Below are positions 1 through 8,639 of a stretch of 52,350 nt of DNA, in pieces (position 1 is the stretch's first letter; the number at the start of each line of letters is the position of its first letter). Location: positions 1-52,350 of the forward strand of contig MRSU01010707.1 in the NCBI GenBank assembly GCA_008369845.1, written 5' to 3'. The stretch comes from Trichomonas gallinae. Its lineage: Eukaryota. A model generated the notes under the pieces. The model had not been told where the DNA came from. It worked only from the letters and a program-made list of their open reading frames with translations, and searched no databases. The position numbers and the translations under genes were made by a program.

Positions 1-158
1 ACCTGCTTAAGAACCTTGAAGATGTAGGAGGAGAATGTCTCAGCACGCTTCTTGTGGCGGAGCTTCTTGTCCTGCTTAGCAGCATTGGCAGCATCGACAC
101 CCTCGACGGCTGGCTTCTTCTCTGTTGGTGTTTTAGAGGCTGGCTTCTTGGAAGACAT
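1..158 (-). CDS. H2B: Histone H2B, 5' part (runs off the window start)
   Basis: Manual translation from ATG at 158 gives [52 protein letters not shown](V). This matches the H2B signature KR..ESYS.Y.YKVLKQV. Codons are strongly biased and a TCATT initiator lies about 13 nt upstream. Confidence 0.93.
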   Translation of the reverse strand, partial: MSSKKPASKTPTEKKPAVEGVDAANAAKQDKKLRHKKRAETFSSYIFKVLKQ

Positions 159-271
159 TCTAAAATAATGATTATTTACACGGCGGGAAACTGTGTCTAT
201 CGTACTACCAAAAACATGGGGGTCCAAAATGGCATTTTTAGATTTTATCGAATCTGTCACTTTAGACCCCC
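159..271 (-). promoter_or_regulatory. H2B promoter: initiator, E2F-like site and 17-bp imperfect inverted repeat
   Basis: Minus strand reads TTTCCCGCC (190-182), then TCATT and the ATG. Arms GGGGGTCCAAAATGGCA (218-234) and TGTCACTTTAGACCCCC (255-271) are 14/17 complementary. Confidence 0.55.
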
Positions 272-846
272 TATATTTTGTATATAGTTTTTTGATAGGT
301 AAAGAAATTGCTTATCTCTTTAACTGCTGTGTGAAATGAGCAATATAACCATAAGCAAGGCTTATTCTTCATTTTCGTTCGTTTTCTTACGAATAATCCG
401 AAATTTTTCAAATCCAAAACAACAAATATTGATTGCTTTGGTTCCAACACGCCATTTATATAATACTCGAAGTAAGCCTTTAAGTATTAAGTCCATCTTT
501 CTTATATCAAACAATTTTATTGTTTCAATAATTAAAATGAGGCACTGGACAAAGTTTGTAAAATAGTCTGTGATGTACATTTATTGCTTATTTTTGTAAC
601 AACACCATATAAATGAAAAATGAACAGGATTTCATTATGAAATATTCTTTTCATTCTTGAGTTGAATCAAAAAGGCATTATTAGACCTAGACTTATGCGT
701 TGATTTTTATTCCATGAGCTTTGAGAAAGTTTCATCAAGGCCTTGAAATGAAGCACTAGTTAATGCTTTATAAGCATTATAACCTTATTTTTATCACTTT
801 TATCTAAAATCTCGTCCTGTCACTTTTCTTAAAATTTTAGTGTCTT

Positions 847-2562
847 ATGGAGTCTTTTCTTCATTACAAAGATTCCGGCAACAAAAAACTTGCGCAACAA
901 AAGTTTTCTTCCGCCATTAGCGATTTCTCACACATTATTAATGATTTGAAGATCACAAATGACGATGAGGCGCAGATAGTCATGATTTGCTTAATTAATC
1001 GCTCAACATGCAACTTAATGAACAACAGCCCCGATGAAGCTCTTGCTGATGCTAACGAGGTTACAAAAATCTACAACAATCAACGTACACCGTTCGACGC
1101 AAAGACTTTCGATGCGAAGAAACTCAAGGATGATAAATTAACAGTCCCACTTGCTATTTCATATGTTCGTAGAGGACAAGTATACGAAGCACGTGGTGAA
1201 TTCCATGCTGCGCTAACAGATTACATTCTTTCAGATCGCATCAACGAAAACGCTGATGGTTATCAAGCTATCACACGCCTTTACAAGAAATTGAACATCG
1301 TTGAGATCAACCAACAAGATCCAGACTTAAAACTCTTCACAAATTGCTACAAATCTATGACAGATCCAGAATCAGCTACAAACGCACTTTCTGAACTCAT
1401 GCAAGCACTTATTGAGAACCCACCACCAGAGGCACACTTCAGCAAGTTCAGCGCTCAAGGCTGTGCAAGATTAATATTCGGAATCATGCAAATCTACATG
1501 AATACTGAAATTATCGTTGTTCTTTGCATTGCTGTCAACAGACTCTTAGCTGAGAACGGTGTTAGAGACGCTTTCAATGGTTTTCCAGTTATCAGAACCG
1601 CAATGGATGTTTGGAAAGAGAATCCAGCCATTGTTGGCGACTGCTTGAGATTCATTGAACTCATCCCAGCCCAATTCAACGATCATCTCATCGAAGGTCA
1701 GATGATTCCAACAATTATCAACGCAATCAACATCGATTTACAGCCAGAAGAGTTCGATATTGCCTTCGTTTTCATTTACAGATTAGCTTCAAAGAAGGAA
1801 CAGCTCCAGGAGATCGGATCTTCAAACATCATCGAAATCATCAACAAGACGAAAACTCTCGGTGGCTTAATCTTACTCAGCAAGCTCGCTCAAGTCCCAG
1901 ATCTTATCCGTGCAGCCCAAGAAGAAGGCGCGATGGATTGGATTATCGAAAGACTTAAAGAAAACAAAGATAACCGCAACATCATCTCCAGCGCATCAAT
2001 TGTACTCGCTCAGGCATTCATGCACGCAAGGGACAACTCTCATCAGAAGGTTTCTGTAGTAAACGAAGACGAAGAAAAAGCACGCAAAGAGAAATTCGCG
2101 AAAATCGCTGCCGAGTTAGTCAACACACTCAGTCCAGTCGCCAAGAAGTACAACAAGGATCCACTCGTTGTCTCAAACTGCTTCGCTGGCATCGCTTCGT
2201 GCGTCGAACTTGCCCAGAACGAAGTCAGATCGAACAGAGTCATCCAGATGGGCTCAGCTATGCTCGACCAGCACATAAACGACGAGGCTTGCGTCATGAA
2301 CATTGTTTCCTTCTTCTTCGCGTGCACACAGTGCGAGCTGAAGCCAAACGTCCAGGCAAATAGCGCCGTCCTCCCAACAGTAATGAAGGCCCTGCAAAAG
2401 CACACAACGAGCCAGTTGCTCGCTGAGAGAGCTGTCGCTATTGCAGCTGAATGTGACCACACTGTTGCAGAGGATTTAGTCGCGTTAGGACTCAGGCAGT
2501 TCCCTGACTCAGCAATTCTCAGGAAGTACGTCAAAATGATCAATTTGAACAGATTCACATAA
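847..2562 (+). CDS. TPR-repeat plus ARM/HEAT-like protein (UNC-45/TTC12-like architecture)
   Basis: N-terminal TPR motifs YKDSGN..., INRSTC...ALADA and YVRRGQVY...ALTDY are followed by helical ARM-like repeats. GTCACTTTT (initiator/AAAAGTGAC reverse) lies at 819-827. Confidence 0.75.
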   Translation: MESFLHYKDSGNKKLAQQKFSSAISDFSHIINDLKITNDDEAQIVMICLINRSTCNLMNNSPDEALADANEVTKIYNNQRTPFDAKTFDAKKLKDDKLTVPLAISYVRRGQVYEARGEFHAALTDYILSDRINENADGYQAITRLYKKLNIVEINQQDPDLKLFTNCYKSMTDPESATNALSELMQALIENPPPEAHFSKFSAQGCARLIFGIMQIYMNTEIIVVLCIAVNRLLAENGVRDAFNGFPVIRTAMDVWKENPAIVGDCLRFIELIPAQFNDHLIEGQMIPTIINAINIDLQPEEFDIAFVFIYRLASKKEQLQEIGSSNIIEIINKTKTLGGLILLSKLAQVPDLIRAAQEEGAMDWIIERLKENKDNRNIISSASIVLAQAFMHARDNSHQKVSVVNEDEEKARKEKFAKIAAELVNTLSPVAKKYNKDPLVVSNCFAGIASCVELAQNEVRSNRVIQMGSAMLDQHINDEACVMNIVSFFFACTQCELKPNVQANSAVLPTVMKALQKHTTSQLLAERAVAIAAECDHTVAEDLVALGLRQFPDSAILRKYVKMINLNRFT

Positions 2563-3025
2563 GATAATTTATTATGTTTTAGCTATATTTTTGTTCCTGA
2601 ATTTTATTTTTTTAGAGTATAAAGATATATATCCTTTTCAATCTAAACGAGTTTCATATGAACAAACTATTACAATAATTATTGACCCACAATTACAAAT
2701 TTCGCCGTCTCATAAAATCTGGAATATATATATTGATCATGCGGTTTTAATTTATGCTTCATTATAATGTTGTCATGCTTCTACGCATAATTCATTAAAT
2801 GGATTATATTATTGATTGATTTCTTGATAAATATTTATCATCATATTATTTGTATATTTCTTTTTGACTTCGAGAATTATCATTACAATGCATTGCCTCT
2901 ATCAAAACAATTTTCATCTCATTAATATGAAAAATATGTAAGTAGAAAAGAAGCGAGGTATTGAATTGATAAACAGATAATCGTAAAAATAATAAAACAT
3001 TTAATTGATAAACATAAAAAAATAG

Positions 3026-5230
3026 TTACTCGATTGGCGCAAATGTCGCGATTTTGACTGTCATTTGTTTTCCAGATCCGATGTAGTGTTGCATTGGATC
3101 GACTTTTATGCCCTTTACTGAATCGAAAGTTCTGTTGTCGATGAAAACCTTGAACGAGAGTAAAACTTTCTCGCCGCTATTGACTGAAGCGCTTGTTATT
3201 GGCGCCCTCGTCATCTTTGTTGATGATGCCTCTCTGTCTGTGATTGAGACCTTTCCTGGCTCATCAATTGTTTCAAGAAGAAGGACTTGGTCACTAGGCC
3301 TGATGTGCTGCTCTTTGTTGATTGACCAGAAAGCTATTGAAGTTGCTTCGATGTTCTTCATCTCATTGTTGATGTCTGTGAACAATATCCACTTCTTTGT
3401 CTTGATCTTCTTCTCATCATTCTCTGTGAATCCAGGAACATCGTTGCCAAGCAGCTGAGCACCAATGTGCAAGGAGACGACGAAAGGAATCTGTACAATG
3501 CTGTCGTCAAGAAATTGAAGTGAAGCAACCCAGACATGAAGTGAAACAGTATATCTCGCGAATGCGATATAATGCTGCAACGCGTTCTGCATGATGACAT
3601 CAGGACTGAGCGGGTCAAGCCATGGGTTGTTCTCCTTCGGTTCCGATGAGTGTATCGTCGGGAATAAAAGCGGAGTCGCCTCCTCATTCATTCGAGGAGC
3701 CATGTTCGTGCATAACTCGTAGACTCTGTTGACGAATCTGTTGTATGTGTCATCTTTGCTAGCGATGTAGTCGGACACGACATTAGTGACCTTAGCGTTG
3801 CTGTGATCGATTGGCATCACGTAAAGGTTGAACGAAAGCCTTTTAACGACGCTGGCGTCAAATTTCGACAAGCAAAGATATAATGACTGAGTAATACTCG
3901 ACAAAACGTTGTCGCCGCCGAGAATAACTATATTGTGTGTGATAGTTGCCGGAGATTCATGGCTGATGATGTAATCCATCAAAGGCTGGAAAACTGTAGA
4001 ATTTAATATTTCTGTGCATGGAACTAAAAGGAAATTCGTATCTGATGGGCCACTAACGGTCAATTTAACGTCTACATCGTAGTCTATTGAGAGTTTTATT
4101 GGAATTAATCCAATAATTGGAGGTTTAAGAATAGAAGTGTCGAAATATGGCTCATTTGGTGGAATCTTTGTTACTTTAAGCTTCTTCCATATTTTGGCAT
4201 CAGATTGCGCTGATAATCCGACCATTTGGAGAATTCTAACAATATGTTTCGGTTTTTCTGCGTAAATGTGCAATTTCTTAACGACAAAGTAGGTGCCGAA
4301 GTTCAGAAGTTGTTGCTCAAGATTCATCTTTGTCATATATCTTTCGTGAAGCAAATTTGGTAAAAATGTTGCATTATGATCAAAAAGAACGTGAACGTAT
4401 CCATTTGTTGCTATATTTGACTTTCCTATGCGTTGCAGCAAGTTAAAATAGGCAGCGCCTGGATATTCAGCTTCTAATTCAAGAAGTTGTCCGATTTCAG
4501 AGCCAAGCGATGAAACTGGGTGCGGGAAGATCAGTGACTGCTTCAGTGGCTCAATGATAACATCTAGAAGCTGATGCTCAAATTGCGGGAAAATTGATAT
4601 GATGACGAACAAAATATGCAAAAGACAAGCAGCCTCCTGCAGGTTGTTGATGCTCTCAAGCCTCTGCTTCATTGCAAGTATGATCCATCTCGGTGCGATA
4701 GGAGATTTGCTTAATAATCTGAAAAGATCAAAAAAGTACGAAATTGGAATCGACGATAGTAGGATGGGATGATCGTATTTGTTCGTAATGCTGTCAAGGC
4801 GTGTTTTCATGCTAATTTCATTCTGTGAAAGCAGTTTGTTGAGGAAAACCATCACATAAGATAGTGAAAGATTGCCAGAATTCACGAGCTGATTGTACGG
4901 ATCTTTCCATATATTGTCTGGAATGTAGATGTGGCGGCAAATTACCATATTCATTAAAGATTGCAAGCAAGATTCGTATGTTACGTTAGGTTCTTGTGCT
5001 GAAGGATTTTGTTGTTTAGAACTGTTATAAGAGGACAGCTCTGACACTAAAAAACGTAATAATTCAGATGTAAACAAATTCGCGAAATCTTCTGAAATGA
5101 CATTGTCCCAAAAATTGGGAATTGACCATGGAACAAGGGAAAATTTCGATCTTTCTATCGGTTTGAATAGTTTCATGAACTCATCCTTGTTGAATTGTCC
5201 TTCCTTAATAATAAATTGCCGCAAATTCAT
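3026..5230 (-). CDS. PI3K-gamma regulatory subunit p101/p84 (PIK3R5/PIK3R6)-like protein
   Basis: Ordered motifs FPHPVSSLGSEIGQLLELEAEYPGAAYFNLL, IVILGGDNVL, FNLYVMPI, YIASKDDTYNRFV and LQHYIAFARYTVSLHVW...IPFVVSLHIG resemble the p101 blocks as I recall them (WPVPYC...ELKAPGISYQRLV; VFGSDR; FFYVP; DPWY; LYYCRFA...FIHSLELG). Confidence 0.65.
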   Translation of the reverse strand: MNLRQFIIKEGQFNKDEFMKLFKPIERSKFSLVPWSIPNFWDNVISEDFANLFTSELLRFLVSELSSYNSSKQQNPSAQEPNVTYESCLQSLMNMVICRHIYIPDNIWKDPYNQLVNSGNLSLSYVMVFLNKLLSQNEISMKTRLDSITNKYDHPILLSSIPISYFFDLFRLLSKSPIAPRWIILAMKQRLESINNLQEAACLLHILFVIISIFPQFEHQLLDVIIEPLKQSLIFPHPVSSLGSEIGQLLELEAEYPGAAYFNLLQRIGKSNIATNGYVHVLFDHNATFLPNLLHERYMTKMNLEQQLLNFGTYFVVKKLHIYAEKPKHIVRILQMVGLSAQSDAKIWKKLKVTKIPPNEPYFDTSILKPPIIGLIPIKLSIDYDVDVKLTVSGPSDTNFLLVPCTEILNSTVFQPLMDYIISHESPATITHNIVILGGDNVLSSITQSLYLCLSKFDASVVKRLSFNLYVMPIDHSNAKVTNVVSDYIASKDDTYNRFVNRVYELCTNMAPRMNEEATPLLFPTIHSSEPKENNPWLDPLSPDVIMQNALQHYIAFARYTVSLHVWVASLQFLDDSIVQIPFVVSLHIGAQLLGNDVPGFTENDEKKIKTKKWILFTDINNEMKNIEATSIAFWSINKEQHIRPSDQVLLLETIDEPGKVSITDREASSTKMTRAPITSASVNSGEKVLLSFKVFIDNRTFDSVKGIKVDPMQHYIGSGKQMTVKIATFAPIE

Positions 5231-5703
5231 TTAATATAATTTGTCATGTAATATTATTTACATGTCAGATTTTAATTTGTCAAATTGATTATTATAGCCC
5301 AAATGTACTAGAACTTAATCAATAAAAGATTCAGATAACAAAGAATGATTTACAACCTGACAAGTCTCCAAATATAACACGAAATTTATTAATTTTTTTT
5401 TTGATACAACTGCATTGATTTTTGCTTCATTAATTATGTATTAACATGTGCTGCAATTATCAATGATGGACCTCTATCATTATCTTTTGCTTTGATTTTT
5501 GATTTCTTTATGATTAGAAGTTTTTTTTTTATTCATGAATACGGGAAAAATTCAAATAATGTGGTAAAATTGTTGAAGTTCATGAGTAGATGTAATCACA
5601 CCTTTAAAGAACAAATACCATGATGGTCTGCTGGAATCTAAATATTTTGGTGCTATAACAATAATATAACATATTTATTAAAAATACAAACAAAAGTGTT
5701 GAT

Positions 5704-7170
5704 TCACTCTTCTTCACCAACAAATAATTTTAAAAATGCGTTTCCTGTGTATCTATGATCGGGTTTATCCGAGCCATTTAATTCATCAACAGTGTCAATG
5801 AAGTCGCTGTCCAAAAACAGAGAATTTACAACTTCTCCTAATGATGGATCAGTATTTTCTTCGTAAACAGTGATAATGAAGCTGACAATGCTATTTAATA
5901 AATCAAGGTCAGAATCATCGGCTAAGTCCTTAACTACATGCAGCATTGGCGAATTTACCAAAATATCGATTTTTTGTGGATCATCATCATCAAGGTATTC
6001 AAAATACATTGATAACACTTCGAATATATCCTTTTTCTTCTGGAACTGACCAGTAAAGAACAGCTCAAATAAATTCTGAAAGCATCCTTCACTAAACAAG
6101 TCAGCAACTCTTTCGCAGTGATGATTGCAGAGCTGGTAGAAAACATTGATCATATGATTGAAATATTTATCATTCACATCATCCTTTTCAAGGAAAAGCC
6201 GAGGAATTTTGTTCCACGGAAAATTGCTGATGAAATCATTTAAAACATTGGAGTTTGAATATTGCAAAACTTTGGATGATATCTTCATGACGTCATCATA
6301 TACATCTAGGTCATATTTTTCGATGTTTTCGAGTAATATAATACTTAATCCTGATTCGATAAAATGATTAGTGAAAATGATCTGAAATTCAGTTTCAGCA
6401 TCATGAATGCAACGATTATAACCTTTTAATACATAATGGATTGGTTGATCGTTGAAAAAAATATGTTTTGAATAAAAACCAAAAAGATATTCTATTGGAT
6501 AGCCTGAATCTAATTTTTGGACCATAATAACTAAAGCTAGAACGAAATTCTTGATGTCTTGAGGCGTTGTTTCTCTAATATAAATTTCGAGGAACAATTC
6601 TAGTTTTTCGAGGAATTGCTGAACGAAATTCCTTAAATTTATCAATATGTTGTATATTGTACCAAGAGAAATGTGTAATATCCTAAAATACTGATTTTCT
6701 GTTAATATTACTTCATTCGTGCAAAATTCTGGATGAAGAGCGAGAAGAAAGACGATTTCCATGCTGTTTTCATCAAACTGATCGTTAATAGGATGATAAT
6801 CGGGATGAAAAATTAATTGCAATATTTCAAGTGTTCTAATTGTGATAAAAGGTCGATCTTTGATTTGCAAACATTCTTGCAAAAACAGTAATATATTGGA
6901 AATCGAAAGAAGATCTAACATTTGAATTGTGTTATATTTATTTTGTTCTTTATCGTGTTTTAATGTAATATTTAATAGATATGGGAATATATTGTCGAGA
7001 ATTTCTACGCGTGAATCTTCTGTTCCGTTGTCTTTGTTCAAATTATCATTTATCACGTCAATATCGAATTCTTTTATATCATTTGGATCATATTGGAGCA
7101 GTACTTTATTCTTCTTTTCTTCAATTGTTTCAATTCCATAACTTTCAACTTCTTTATATTCTTCAACCAT
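5704..7170 (-). CDS. Acidic ARM/HEAT-like hypothetical protein
   Basis: Long helical, Leu/Ile-rich ORF. The track start at 7203 is TTG; the first ATG is at 7170 (MVEEYKEV...). Confidence 0.7.
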   Translation of the reverse strand: MVEEYKEVESYGIETIEEKKNKVLLQYDPNDIKEFDIDVINDNLNKDNGTEDSRVEILDNIFPYLLNITLKHDKEQNKYNTIQMLDLLSISNILLFLQECLQIKDRPFITIRTLEILQLIFHPDYHPINDQFDENSMEIVFLLALHPEFCTNEVILTENQYFRILHISLGTIYNILINLRNFVQQFLEKLELFLEIYIRETTPQDIKNFVLALVIMVQKLDSGYPIEYLFGFYSKHIFFNDQPIHYVLKGYNRCIHDAETEFQIIFTNHFIESGLSIILLENIEKYDLDVYDDVMKISSKVLQYSNSNVLNDFISNFPWNKIPRLFLEKDDVNDKYFNHMINVFYQLCNHHCERVADLFSEGCFQNLFELFFTGQFQKKKDIFEVLSMYFEYLDDDDPQKIDILVNSPMLHVVKDLADDSDLDLLNSIVSFIITVYEENTDPSLGEVVNSLFLDSDFIDTVDELNGSDKPDHRYTGNAFLKLFVGEEE

Positions 7171-7769
7171 AAAACAAGTAAAAAAATTAACACTCTTCAA
7201 CAAGTCAACTGATTTAAAATATAATTCATATTGTTGACTAGAGTCTAAGTCAAAAAAATTAATGATTTTTTTTCATCAGCTTCTGTTTATATGGGAAGAA
7301 GCTATTATTTTGAATTTCTGGATATTTATCCATATATAATTATTTGAGGAACCGATATTGATGGTATTTACTATGATAATAGTTGAATGTTTTAATTATA
7401 ATTCCATTTGAAGATTGATTTTTTTGTATGTTTATGCACTGTGTTGATATTTCATTGATATTTGTATATATATTCTCTTATGATCTCATGCCTATTCATA
7501 TATTTACTGCGAATAATGTTATGAGATCTTGATTAACAGTGTGTTTTTATGCACGTATATGAATATATAATGTATTTCTATGATTTATGAGTAAATTTAC
7601 TATAATATCTTTATTGTTAGATTTGATAAATTTTTGAAATTTTGATATTAACTTTTTTGTAGCAATAATTATTGTTATATTGTTATGGTTACTGTAAAAA
7701 GCATGTTTGTAAAGCTCTAAACGCTATTATTTAAATAAACAATTTTATAATATAAAAATAAAACAAAAA

Positions 7770-8228
7770 CTAATATGATTCTTGGTCTTGAGGTATTTCT
7801 GGGGGGCTCTCTATCTCGCTGACAAGGAAGTATGGCGTGTCTGGGATGAATTGATCATCAGTATGTGGAGCAAAAACTGTACTTGTTTCAACTTTTGGCT
7901 GTTCTGGCATACTTATCTCTGCTGCTGGATGAGTGATTGCATGAAAGAAGCTCTGTGATATTTCGTGATGTTGTTTATCGTAAGCTTGCCCCATTTTAGG
8001 GAGCATTGAGATTTTTTGGTGGTCAGATCGTGGTGCTGATGATGTGAATGTCATCATTTCGTTTAATAATGGAAAATTGAAAGAATCAGGAACTTGAGGT
8101 GTTTCTGGGAAAGATATCGGCTTTCTAGCGTGTCTATAACCACGTGGCGGAATCGAAGAAGGTGGAAGTTGTTTCTGTGGCTTCGGATTTAAAATATTTA
8201 TAGGAGGCGCCATTGGATACCCAATCAT
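7770..8228 (-). CDS. Pro-rich, probably disordered hypothetical protein (152 aa)
   Basis: ATG-initiated ORF, more GC-rich than its flanks, with a motif cluster directly upstream. Confidence 0.7.
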   Translation of the reverse strand: MIGYPMAPPINILNPKPQKQLPPSSIPPRGYRHARKPISFPETPQVPDSFNFPLLNEMMTFTSSAPRSDHQKISMLPKMGQAYDKQHHEISQSFFHAITHPAAEISMPEQPKVETSTVFAPHTDDQFIPDTPYFLVSEIESPPEIPQDQESY

Positions 8229-8639
8229 TTTCTTGTCACGTATTTAATTTACATGTCAAAAAATATTTTTGGAATTCAATAATTTACATGACAAAATTTG
8301 TGTCGGATTTGAACACTAATGATACAGCAGAAAATAGACAAAAGCGATGAATAATCAATGGTTTTAGAGATGCTGCTTTGGAATATATCTTTGGTAATAT
8401 CTCAAACTCCATTTTCATAATGTTATACGCAAAAAGAAAAATTAATATTTTGACAAATAAACTATTTATTTGGCAATTTTATTATTTTTGACAATAAAAA
8501 TAATTACGTGGCAAATTGATGATTGCAGCTTATAATCGATTTTGGTGTTTTAATTCAGTTATTATAAAAGATTTGGAAGAATTCATCATTGGTTGATTAA
8601 TTACAAGTAAATAAATTTAATTGAAAGATAACTTTTTTT

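Noticed and set aside
54..287. 77-aa + strand ORF in the track
   Set aside because: It starts at GTG and is antisense to histone H2B and its promoter.
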